Positions 35,283-43,804 of a DNA stretch of 43,925 nucleotides are shown piece by piece (position 1 is the first letter of the stretch; each line of letters opens with the position of its first letter). The notes below the pieces were generated by a model, which searched no databases, was not told where the DNA came from, and worked only from the letters and a program-made list of their open reading frames with translations. The translations under genes and the position numbers were made by a program. The stretch lies in NCBI GenBank assembly GCA_030533135.1, contig JAUNJR010000002.1, positions 1-43,925 on the forward strand. Reading direction: 5' to 3'. This DNA is from Coriobacteriales bacterium. Lineage in GTDB: Bacteria > Actinomycetota > Coriobacteriia > Coriobacteriales > Atopobiaceae.

Positions 35283-37135
35283 TGGCCAATCCGTATGCAG
35301 GTCTTGGGACCGCCTCCGCGACCATGGCAAACGTGCGTGGTGACTCGGGCGACAAGCCCGATGGTGGGCTCGATGGTGGAACCCCCATGTCCTCACGAGA
35401 GGTATTGAAGCGCCTTTCGCCCTATGTCAGGCGTCACCTTCTCGCACTTGTTGCCTCTTTTGTCTGTGCAGCCACAACCGTCGTGCTGCAGCTCTACGTG
35501 CCTATCCTCATCGGTCGCGCGGTCGATACCATCATCGGTGTGGGTGCCGTTGCGTTCGATTTGCTGCTCCCGATCCTCGTACGCCTTGCGCTGGTTATCG
35601 TGATGGCTGCCATCACGCAATGGCTCTTTGGCCGGTTTGTAAGCCAGCTTTCCAATCGAACCATCTGCGACCTGCGCATTGATGCCTTCGGCAAGCTTCG
35701 CCACCTTCCGCTTTCCTTCATTGACGCACATGCCCATGGCGACCTCTTGGCCCGCATCGCCAGCGACGTGGACCAAGTGGGCGATGGCCTGCTCCAAGGT
35801 CTCACGCAGCTCTTCTCAGGTGTGGTGACCATTGTCGGCACGTTGGCGTTCATGTTCAGTATCTCCGTGCCCGTTGGCCTCGTGGTTGTTGTCGTCACGC
35901 CGCTTTCGGTCCTGGTTGCTTCACTGATCGCCAAGCGCTCGTCCTCCGGCTTTGCCGCCCAGCAACAAATACAAGGACAGTTGGGCGGGTATGTACAGGA
36001 GATGGTCTCCAACCAAAAACTCGTGTCCGCCTTTGCGTATGGCAAGCGTTCGATAGCGACATTTACCGACCTGAACCAGCGCCTGCGCGGCGTGGGGGAG
36101 CGTGCCCAATTTGTGAGCTCGCTCTCAAACCCCTCAACCCGTGTGGTCAATAACATCATCTATGCCATCGTCGCCATCGTTGGCTGCACATGCGTCATCA
36201 CCGGCTGGCCGAGCACCCTCACGGTCGGTCAGGTACAGAGCTTCCTGTCATATGCCAACCAGTACATGAAGCCCTTCAACGAGATTTCTGGCGTGGTTAC
36301 CCAAGTCCAGGCCGCTTTCGCATCTGCCCGCAGGCTCTTTGCACTCCTTGACGCTACCGAGGAAAGACGCACGGTAGACCCCATCCGTGAGCTTCCCCCC
36401 GCACAAGGAGACCTCGATTTCGACCATGTGTCCTTTAGCTACGTCAAGGGCACGCCTCTGCTCACCGACATCACCTTCCATGTCTCACCAGGCCAGCGCG
36501 TTGCCCTGGTTGGCACGACGGGGTGCGGCAAGACCACACTCATCAACCTGCTGCTCAGGTTCTATGACCTTGACGGCGGTACCATTCGCGTGGATGGGAC
36601 TGATATCTTTAGCATGACGCGTGAGGACCTTCGTGCTCGATTTGGCATGGTCTTGCAGGAGACCTGGCTCTTTGCCGGAACCGTACGCGAGAACATTGCT
36701 TACGGACGTGACGGTGCCACCACAGAGGATGTCGTTGCAGCAGCAAAACGCGCCCATGCCGATACCTTCATACGGCAACTGCCTCAAGGATATGACACGC
36801 ACATTGGCGAAGACGGTGGCTCACTGAGCCAAGGCCAGCGGCAGCTCCTATGCATCGCACGTGCCATGCTGGCTGACGCGCCTATTCTGCTGCTTGACGA
36901 GGCGACCAGCTCAATCGACACGCGTACCGAGCTCCAGGTGCAGGCCGCTTTCGACGAAATGATGATTGGTCGAACGTCGTTGGTGGTAGCACACCGACTC
37001 TCGACCATTCGACAGGCCGACTGCATCCTCGTCATGGACAAGGGGCGCATTATCGAGCGTGGCACCCATGACGACCTACTCGAACAGGGCGGTTTTTACG
37101 CCAACCTCTACCAGAGCCAGTTTGCCAACCAGTGA
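35282..37135 (+). CDS. ABC exporter, fused permease/ATPase subunit 2 of a heterodimer
   Basis: The start overlaps the upstream stop (TAATG). The NBD has GTTGCGKTT, LSQGQRQL and ILLLDEATSSID. An internal ATG at 35387 is also possible. Confidence 0.9.
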   Translation: MANPYAGLGTASATMANVRGDSGDKPDGGLDGGTPMSSREVLKRLSPYVRRHLLALVASFVCAATTVVLQLYVPILIGRAVDTIIGVGAVAFDLLLPILVRLALVIVMAAITQWLFGRFVSQLSNRTICDLRIDAFGKLRHLPLSFIDAHAHGDLLARIASDVDQVGDGLLQGLTQLFSGVVTIVGTLAFMFSISVPVGLVVVVVTPLSVLVASLIAKRSSSGFAAQQQIQGQLGGYVQEMVSNQKLVSAFAYGKRSIATFTDLNQRLRGVGERAQFVSSLSNPSTRVVNNIIYAIVAIVGCTCVITGWPSTLTVGQVQSFLSYANQYMKPFNEISGVVTQVQAAFASARRLFALLDATEERRTVDPIRELPPAQGDLDFDHVSFSYVKGTPLLTDITFHVSPGQRVALVGTTGCGKTTLINLLLRFYDLDGGTIRVDGTDIFSMTREDLRARFGMVLQETWLFAGTVRENIAYGRDGATTEDVVAAAKRAHADTFIRQLPQGYDTHIGEDGGSLSQGQRQLLCIARAMLADAPILLLDEATSSIDTRTELQVQAAFDEMMIGRTSLVVAHRLSTIRQADCILVMDKGRIIERGTHDDLLEQGGFYANLYQSQFANQ

Positions 37136-37136
37136 C

Positions 37137-37165
37137 GGATCGGAAGGGATGCTCCCTTCCGATCC
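37137..37165. repeat. Palindromic intergenic element (family copy 2), GGATCGGAAGGGA-TGC-TCCCTTCCGATCC
   Basis: Perfect 13-bp arms between the convergent ABC exporter and GNAT genes. The core CGGAAGGGATGCTCCC differs by one base from CGGAAGGGATACTCCC at 41371-41386. Confidence 0.7.
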
Positions 37166-37170
37166 ACCCA

Positions 37171-38088
37171 TCATACGCGCCTCATTTTGACCAAGTACTC
37201 GCTGGTTCCGTCCTCGAGTTCTCGCTCGTCAGTTCGTACGAACCCATGCGCCTCATAGAAGCGGATGGCGTCGGTGTTGCACTCCAAAGCCCAGAGGAAG
37301 CTCACGGGAACATGCTCCTTTGCATACTCGATGAGCGCCCCTCCAATGCCCTGTCCTTGGAAGAAGTAGTCAACGTAGAGGTTAACGATCTCCGAGTTCT
37401 CGATATGCATGAACCCCTTCACGACTCCGTCGTCATACACGAAGAGGTTCGACAGGACGGACGGGTCCGCATACCGCTGCGCCTCGGTAAGGACCTGCAC
37501 ATCCTTGAACGAGTACTCGTCGTCCTTGAAGATGGGCCAGAACTTGAGGCGCTTCACGAAGACATGGATCTCGGCGATACGCGATATGTCCTCGATGGTG
37601 GCTTTCCGAATCACGGGACGTTGATCCACGTGCTCGCTTTGCCAGACGAAGAGCCCATTCGCAGCAGCAAGCTGAGACACAAGCACTAACAGCTGTGGAT
37701 GTGGGTTATAAAGCGCCATGCAGGTGCTGCCATCTGGAATGGAGAGCAGCGCGTCCTCACCTTCGATGAGGAGATTCAGCATGTCCGCGTCCTCAAGCAC
37801 CCATCTCTCGATTTCTGCGGGAGCAGGATTGCGAACAGCCTCAGCGCCGTCCCCACGATAAACCACCACGTTGTAGTAACAGGAGAGGCCCATAACCACC
37901 TTCAAAAAGTTGGACCTGAGTTCAAGTCCCCGCTCGCCTTCGATCAGCCACGGTTCTATGGCAAAGAACCGCTTACCTCGCTCCTTGGGGACTTGCACGG
38001 GAAGTGCGTCAATGACCCAATATGGCTTTGAGAGAAGTTCCTCGATGTAGTCAAGCGACGGTGAAACGTCGACCATATGCTTATCCAA
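37171..38088 (-). CDS. GNAT family N-acetyltransferase fused to an uncharacterised ~150-aa N-terminal domain
   Basis: The C-terminal half has the GNAT acetyl-CoA motif (YVDYFFQGQGIGGALIEYA) and RFYEAHGF. The N-terminal half matches nothing I recognise. Confidence 0.8.
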   Translation of the reverse strand: MDKHMVDVSPSLDYIEELLSKPYWVIDALPVQVPKERGKRFFAIEPWLIEGERGLELRSNFLKVVMGLSCYYNVVVYRGDGAEAVRNPAPAEIERWVLEDADMLNLLIEGEDALLSIPDGSTCMALYNPHPQLLVLVSQLAAANGLFVWQSEHVDQRPVIRKATIEDISRIAEIHVFVKRLKFWPIFKDDEYSFKDVQVLTEAQRYADPSVLSNLFVYDDGVVKGFMHIENSEIVNLYVDYFFQGQGIGGALIEYAKEHVPVSFLWALECNTDAIRFYEAHGFVRTDERELEDGTSEYLVKMRRV

Positions 38089-38187
38089 CCTCCGAAATCG
38101 TCTACCGCTTCAGAGCATTCTACGACACAGCCAACAGTGACAGTGCCGTATCATGTGAGTGTCGAGTACTTGAGAGGAGATACGCGC

Positions 38188-39672
38188 ATGTTTGATGTAA
38201 TCGTCATCGGTGCGGGAGTGTCAGGGTGTGCCATTGCACGAGAGCTTGCACGCTATGACGCACGGGTCTGTGTGGTCGAGCGTGAGGAGGATGTGTGCTG
38301 CGGCACATCAAAGGCAAACTCCGCCATCGTGCACGCAGGCTTTGACGCCCAGCCAGGGACGCTCATGGGAAAGCTCAATGCCGAAGGCAATCGCCTGATG
38401 TACGAGTGGGCCAAGGACCTCAACTTCGGTGTTCTGCCAATTGGCTCCCTGGTCGTGTGCGTGAGCGAATCGGACCTTGCCGGTCTTTACATGCTCCTGG
38501 AGCGTGGAGAGAAGAATGGCGTGCCTGGTCTGCGCATTATTGACCGTAAAGAGCTTCTGGAGATGGAGCCTCACATCGCTGACAAGGCGGTGGCGGCACT
38601 TTGGGCCCCGACTGGCGGCATCGTTGACCCCTTTGGTCTGACCGTGGCGTTGGCAGAGAATGCAGCGTCCAACGGCGTTGAGTTCCGCTTCAACGCACCC
38701 GTGACCACGGTATCGCGAGATGGCGACCACTGGTGCGTCACTGCCGGCGGTGAGACGTTGCAGACCCGCGCTGTCATCAACGCTGCAGGCGTCTATGCCG
38801 ACACCATCCACAACCTCGTGGCTGAAGAGGACGATCGGCTCACCATCGTGCCACGTAAGGGTGAGTATTACCTCCTTGACACCACAGCTGGGGACTACGT
38901 GCACCACACCGTATTTATGCTCCCCACGTCCATGGGTAAGGGTGTCCTTGTTTCTCCGACTGTCCACGGCAACCTGCTCGTGGGACCGACGGCAACCGAC
39001 ATTGACAACAAGGAGGGCACCAACACGACTGCCCTGGGGCTTGCGGAGGTTGCCCTGAAGAGCTCGCTCACCGTCAAGGACGTACCGCTGCGCGAGGTCA
39101 TCACCACCTTTGCCGGCCTGCGTGCGCATCAGGATAAGCACGACTTTGTCATTGGCGAGGTCAAGGGTGCCCCGGGCTTCTTTGACTGCGCTGCCATCGA
39201 GAGCCCTGGCCTGACGAGCGCGCCGGCCATCGGCGTCATGGTCTCTGGCATGGTTGCCGAAGCGCTCTCACTTTCCCAGAAGCCCGAGGGCGTCTTCAAC
39301 CCCACTAGGCCGGGCGTCCCCAACCTCATGAACATGGATTTCGATGAGTGGGACAAGCTCTGCCAGGAGAATCCCGCTTACGGCAACATCATCTGCCGTT
39401 GCTGCCGCGTGAGCGAGGCTCAGATTGTTGACGTGATGCACCGCACGCCGACGCCGCGCTCGCTCGACGCCATCAAGCGCAGGACCAGCGCGACCATGGG
39501 CCGCTGCCAGGGAGGGTTCTGCACACCCAAGATCATGGAACTGCTCGTGCGCGAGCTCGGCATGTCGCCGCAGGAGATCACTAAGCACGGACCAGGCTCA
39601 GAGCTCTTGGTTGGCACCAACAAAGACCATATCAAAGCGCCTGTCCAGGATCAGGAAGGCGGTGAGGCCTGA
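38188..39672 (+). CDS. FAD-dependent oxidoreductase, anaerobic glycerol-3-phosphate dehydrogenase-like, with C-terminal BFD-like [2Fe-2S] motif
   Basis: DVIVIGAGVSGCAIAREL dinucleotide motif and a C-terminal CRCCRV...CQGGFC cysteine pattern. The ATG at 38188 has an AGGAG RBS. Confidence 0.85.
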   Translation: MFDVIVIGAGVSGCAIARELARYDARVCVVEREEDVCCGTSKANSAIVHAGFDAQPGTLMGKLNAEGNRLMYEWAKDLNFGVLPIGSLVVCVSESDLAGLYMLLERGEKNGVPGLRIIDRKELLEMEPHIADKAVAALWAPTGGIVDPFGLTVALAENAASNGVEFRFNAPVTTVSRDGDHWCVTAGGETLQTRAVINAAGVYADTIHNLVAEEDDRLTIVPRKGEYYLLDTTAGDYVHHTVFMLPTSMGKGVLVSPTVHGNLLVGPTATDIDNKEGTNTTALGLAEVALKSSLTVKDVPLREVITTFAGLRAHQDKHDFVIGEVKGAPGFFDCAAIESPGLTSAPAIGVMVSGMVAEALSLSQKPEGVFNPTRPGVPNLMNMDFDEWDKLCQENPAYGNIICRCCRVSEAQIVDVMHRTPTPRSLDAIKRRTSATMGRCQGGFCTPKIMELLVRELGMSPQEITKHGPGSELLVGTNKDHIKAPVQDQEGGEA

Positions 39673-40949
39673 TGACAGCCTTGCTAGAGAACCGCTCCGT
39701 CGTGATCGTCGGCGGTGGACCCGCTGGATTGTCGGCAGCCATCGCGGCATATGAGGCAGGGGAGCACGACGTCCTCATCCTCGAGCGTGACACGCAGCTG
39801 GGCGGCATACTCAACCAGTGCATTCACAACGGCTTTGGTCTCCACACCTTCAAAGAGGAGCTGACCGGCCCAGAGTATGCGGCACGCTACATCGCCCGCG
39901 CAGACGAGCTCGGCATCGAGCGCCGTCTGGGAACCATGGTGATGGACATCTCGGCTGACCGCATAGTCACGGCCGTTTCTGCCGAGCGAGGCATCACGCG
40001 CATTCAGGCCAGCGCTGTGGTGCTTGCCATGGGATGCCGTGAAAGGCCACGTGGTGCGCTTGCCACACCTGGCTATCGTCCAGCTGGCATTTACTCTGCC
40101 GGTACGGCACAGCGGCTCGTCAACATCGAGGGCGAGCTCCCTGGTCGCGAGGTCGTCATCTTGGGTTCCGGTGACATTGGTCTCATCATGGCTCGCCGCA
40201 TGACCTTTGAGGGTGCGCATGTCGCCTGTGTTGCCGAAGTCATGCCGTATTCGGGCGGTCTCAAGCGCAACATCGTGCAGTGTCTTGACGACTTTGGCAT
40301 CCCGCTGCTGCTCAGCCATACCGTCGTTGACATTGAGGGGCGCGATCGCGTCGAGGCCGTGGTCATTGCTGAAGTTGACGAGCGCATGAAGCCCATTCCG
40401 GGGACCGAGGTACGCTACCCCTGTGACACGCTGCTTCTCTCGGTTGGCCTCCTGCCTGAAAACGAGCTCTCGCGAGCCGCTGGCGTCGAGCTCTCGCCCG
40501 TAACGCGCGGTCCTGTCGTCAACGAGTCTTTGGAGACGAGCATCCCCGGCGTCTTTGCCTGCGGCAACGTGCTTCATGTCCACGACCTCGTCGACTACGT
40601 GAGTGAGGAAGCTGCAGCTGCCGGTGCCTGCGCGGCAAAGTACGCACAGGAGGCACAGGCGGCAGAACCTGCACCGCGCATCACAATCAACGCAAAGGGT
40701 GGCGTGCGCTACACCGTCCCCTCGTCAGTTTCCCCAGATCGCATGGACGACACGCTGACCGTCCGGTTCCGCGTAGGCAACGTATACCGAGACCATTACG
40801 TCAGTGTGTACTATGGAGACGAACGCGTGCAGCACCGCAAGAAGCGTGTCATGGCACCAGGAGAGATGGAGCAAGTCACGCTCAAACGTGCGGATCTTCT
40901 CAAGAGGCCGGACGTATCATCCATTACCATCACGCTTGAGGAGGAGTAG
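39672..40949 (+). CDS. NAD(P)/FAD-dependent (pyridine nucleotide-disulfide family) oxidoreductase, partner of the preceding flavoprotein
   Basis: VVIVGGGPAGLSAA and VVILGSGDIGL dinucleotide motifs and a GVFACGNV block. The ATG overlaps the upstream stop. Confidence 0.85.
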   Translation: MTALLENRSVVIVGGGPAGLSAAIAAYEAGEHDVLILERDTQLGGILNQCIHNGFGLHTFKEELTGPEYAARYIARADELGIERRLGTMVMDISADRIVTAVSAERGITRIQASAVVLAMGCRERPRGALATPGYRPAGIYSAGTAQRLVNIEGELPGREVVILGSGDIGLIMARRMTFEGAHVACVAEVMPYSGGLKRNIVQCLDDFGIPLLLSHTVVDIEGRDRVEAVVIAEVDERMKPIPGTEVRYPCDTLLLSVGLLPENELSRAAGVELSPVTRGPVVNESLETSIPGVFACGNVLHVHDLVDYVSEEAAAAGACAAKYAQEAQAAEPAPRITINAKGGVRYTVPSSVSPDRMDDTLTVRFRVGNVYRDHYVSVYYGDERVQHRKKRVMAPGEMEQVTLKRADLLKRPDVSSITITLEEE

Positions 40950-40951
40950 CC

Positions 40952-41317
40952 ATGGCAACCGAGAAACGAGAGCTTACCTGCATCAACTGCCCGTTGGGCT
41001 GCCAGCTCACCGTGACCATCGTCGATGGCGAGGTTATCGAGGTCTCCGGAAACACCTGCAAGCGTGGCGAGGTATACGGCAAGAAGGAGGTCACGAATCC
41101 CACCCGCATCGTAACCACCACCGTGCCGGTGATTGGCTCAGACCACGAGCGCATGGTATCCGTAAAGACAGCCTCAGACGTTCCAAAGGGAAAGATGTTT
41201 GATGTGGTGGCCGCTCTGGCGGAAGTCACCGCCCAAGCACCGGTAGCCATTGGCGACGTGATTCTTGCCAACGTGGCAGACACTGGCGTGGACGTCATCG
41301 CCACCAAGAACGCCTAA
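40952..41317 (+). CDS. DUF1667 domain protein (third subunit of the flavoprotein cluster)
   Basis: CINCPLGCQL...GNTCKRG cysteine motif. The size (~120 aa) and the position after the two oxidoreductases fit the family. Confidence 0.8.
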   Translation: MATEKRELTCINCPLGCQLTVTIVDGEVIEVSGNTCKRGEVYGKKEVTNPTRIVTTTVPVIGSDHERMVSVKTASDVPKGKMFDVVAALAEVTAQAPVAIGDVILANVADTGVDVIATKNA

Positions 41318-41333
41318 CCACACATCGAAGTAT

Positions 41334-41393
41334 GACGAAGGGGAGTATCCCTTCCGTCCCAGAAATGGGACGGAAGGGATACTCCCCTTCGTC
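41334..41393. repeat. Perfect 27-bp inverted repeat (family copies 3a/3b) forming a long hairpin between the DUF1667 gene and the GH1 gene
   Basis: GACGAAGGGGAGTATCCCTTCCGTCCC-AGAAAT-GGGACGGAAGGGATACTCCCCTTCGTC. Each arm is itself related to the 2483-2511 element. Confidence 0.85.
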
Positions 41394-41490
41394 CCACAGG
41401 GGGCGCCCACTCGGCTAGGGACCCTATCAGGCAGCAACGTTTCTGCGGTACGATTACTTTGTCTGTTGTTTTATGAGGAGGGGAGTAAAC

Positions 41491-42984
41491 ATGGGATTTA
41501 GCAAGGACTTTTTCTGGGGCGGAGCGACGGCATCCAACCAGTACGAGGGCGGCGTCTTCGAGGGCGGCGCTGGTCTCTCAACCGCTGACGTCATGACCAA
41601 TGGCGCCCACAAGGTGCCGCGCCAGGTCACCTACCGCATGCCCGACGGCTCTTGGGGCAAGGCCCCGCTGTGCTTCCACAGCGATCTTCGTCACCTTCCC
41701 GACGGCGCGCAAGCGTGCCTCGTGGACGAGCCAGGAATCTACTATCCCAGCCACATCGCGTCTGACTTCTATCATCACTACAAGGAGGACATCCGCCTCT
41801 GCGCCGAGGAGGGCTTCAACTGCCTGCGCTTCTCGCTCAAGTGGAGCCGCATCTTCCCGAACGGCGACGACGCCGAGCCCAACCAGGCAGGCATCGACTA
41901 TTACCGCGACATCTTCGAGACGTGCAAGGAGTACGGCATCGAGCCGCTCGTGACGCTCGAGCACTACGAGAACCCGCTTTCGCTGGCCAACCGCTTTAAT
42001 GGCTGGGACAGCCGCTATCTCGTGGACCAGTTCGTCAAGTACGCCACCACGTGCTTTGAGGCGTTCGATGGCCTGGTGAAGTACTACCTCACCTTCAACG
42101 AGATCAACTGTATCGAGTGGGCCCCGTTTGTCACGGCAGCCCTGATTCACGCCAATCCGCAGAACATCGCCAACGCGACCTTCCATCAGTTCCTGGCGTC
42201 CGCCAAGACGGTTATCGCTGCACACAACTATTGGCCCGACCTCTCCATCGGCATGATGCTCGCCTATGGTCCGGTCTATGGTTACACCTCTGATCCCGCC
42301 GATCAGCTTGCTGCTATGAAGGCGCAGGACCAGAAGCTCTTCTACTCTGACGTGCAGATGCTGGGCGAGTATCCCGTGTGGAAGCTCACCGAGTACGAGC
42401 GTGACGGCATCAAGATCCCCGCGCTGCCTGGTGACTGGGACATCCTCGCAGAGGGCGTATGCGACTTCCTCAGCTTCTCGCTCTATGGCAGTGGCACCGT
42501 GACGACGCATACCGATGACCTCGAGGCTGGCGAGGGCAATGGTGGCGCTGCGGGCATGGTCGCTAACCCGTACCTCAAGACCAACGCATGGGGCTGGGCA
42601 ACTGACCCCGACTGCCAGCGTATCACCCTGAACACCCTGTACAATCGCTATCGCTGCGACCTCTGGTGCGTCGAGAGTGGTATCGGCTGGAACGACGTCT
42701 TCGAGGACGACACGGTTCATGACGACTACCGCATCGATTACATGCGCGCCAACATCAAGAGCATGAAGGATGCCGTCGAGCTGGATGGCATCCCCCTGAT
42801 GGGCTACCTGTACTGGGGCTGCGTCGACATGGTCTCCAACGGCGAGGGCGAGATGGCCAAGCGCTACGGCCAGATCTACGTCGATGCCGATAACTATGGC
42901 CAGGGAACGATGAAGCGCTCGCTTAAGGACAGCTACTTCTGGTACAAGAAGGTCATCGAGAGCAATGGCGAGGACCTCGACTAA
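41491..42984 (+). CDS. Glycoside hydrolase family 1 (6-phospho-beta-glucosidase / beta-glucosidase-like)
   Basis: FFWGGATASNQYEGG N-terminus and LTFNEIN acid/base block. The nucleophile block reads LWCVESGIG. The ATG at 41491 has a GAGGAGGGGAG RBS. Confidence 0.9.
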   Translation: MGFSKDFFWGGATASNQYEGGVFEGGAGLSTADVMTNGAHKVPRQVTYRMPDGSWGKAPLCFHSDLRHLPDGAQACLVDEPGIYYPSHIASDFYHHYKEDIRLCAEEGFNCLRFSLKWSRIFPNGDDAEPNQAGIDYYRDIFETCKEYGIEPLVTLEHYENPLSLANRFNGWDSRYLVDQFVKYATTCFEAFDGLVKYYLTFNEINCIEWAPFVTAALIHANPQNIANATFHQFLASAKTVIAAHNYWPDLSIGMMLAYGPVYGYTSDPADQLAAMKAQDQKLFYSDVQMLGEYPVWKLTEYERDGIKIPALPGDWDILAEGVCDFLSFSLYGSGTVTTHTDDLEAGEGNGGAAGMVANPYLKTNAWGWATDPDCQRITLNTLYNRYRCDLWCVESGIGWNDVFEDDTVHDDYRIDYMRANIKSMKDAVELDGIPLMGYLYWGCVDMVSNGEGEMAKRYGQIYVDADNYGQGTMKRSLKDSYFWYKKVIESNGEDLD

Positions 42985-43005
42985 CGACTTCTGACAATCG
43001 TGAGG

Positions 43006-43035
43006 GGAGGGGCTGCTTACGCAGCCCCTCCTTTT
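43006..43035 (+). terminator. Rho-independent terminator after the GH1 gene
   Basis: GGAGGGGCTGC-TTAC-GCAGCCCCTCC, an 11-bp stem followed by TTTT. Confidence 0.85.
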
Positions 43036-43180
43036 GGTTACGGCAAGGAAGCGCGAATCAAGGGGTATGTCCTGACGTAAATACATCTTTGAAGTAGTCG
43101 TTCTGAAGTTCTTAAAGATGTCGCTTGCCTTAAGCGAGCAATGTGGTAAAGTACTTTCTCGCAAGCAAGAGCTTGTGTAA

Positions 43181-43257
<77 letters not shown>

Positions 43258-43266
43258 GAACTTTCG

Positions 43267-43294
43267 AGGTCAGGGCATATGCCCTGACCTTTTT
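43267..43294 (+). terminator. Rho-independent terminator after tRNA-Pro
   Basis: AGGTCAGGGC-ATAT-GCCCTGACCT, a 10-bp stem followed by TTTT. Confidence 0.85.
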
Positions 43295-43367
43295 GCACCA
43301 AGCGTGCACCAAGGAATCCCGATTTTGCACCAAGCGTGCACCAAACTTTGGCCTCTTCTTGCACCAA
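43291..43367 (+). repeat. Direct repeats of TGCACCAA: two perfect 22-nt copies TTTTGCACCAAGCGTGCACCAA plus a fifth half-site
   Basis: The 22-mers lie at 43291-43312 and 43323-43344, with a period of 32 bp. The 8-mer TGCACCAA occurs at 43294, 43305, 43326, 43337 and 43360. Confidence 0.8.
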
Positions 43368-43520
43368 AACGCGAATCGGCAAGCGGTAGCTGGTTTGGTG
43401 GGCTTGCATAAACTGGCGTCTGATGGCGACGGTGTATCCAACGCGAGGAAAGTCGCGTACTTCTTGACCTCATGCGGGCAAGCATTCTTACGAAAGGTTC
43501 TTGTTACTGTTCTTCTAAGG

Positions 43521-43804
43521 ATGACATCCCTGTCATGGGCTGTATGACAAATCTGTCCGTTTTGGTGACGGCATTGTCTTCGTGACTACAGTCCGTTGAT
43601 GGCGAGTTTGTCCTTGCGCTGACGTTCCTCTGACATGGTGTCATGGGAGAGCCGTTCTGTCTGGCCAACGTATGGCAGGAACGTCACACGGTGAGGATCG
43701 TCCAATCCGTCCACAGAGGGGCGAAGACGGCTCAATGCATGACAATCCTGTCATTCGATGGAATACTCTGGGCTGCTGAAAGCTTCGTATGACAAATGCG
43801 TCAT
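43521..43804. repeat. Family of operator-like palindromes ATGACA-N4-TGTCAT
   Basis: ATGACATCCCTGTCAT (43521-43536), TGACATGGTGTCA (43631-43643), ATGACAATCCTGTCAT (43739-43754) and ATGACAAATGCGTCAT (43789-43804, one mismatch). A half-site GTATGACAAAT occurs at 43542-43552 and again at 43787-43797. Confidence 0.6.
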
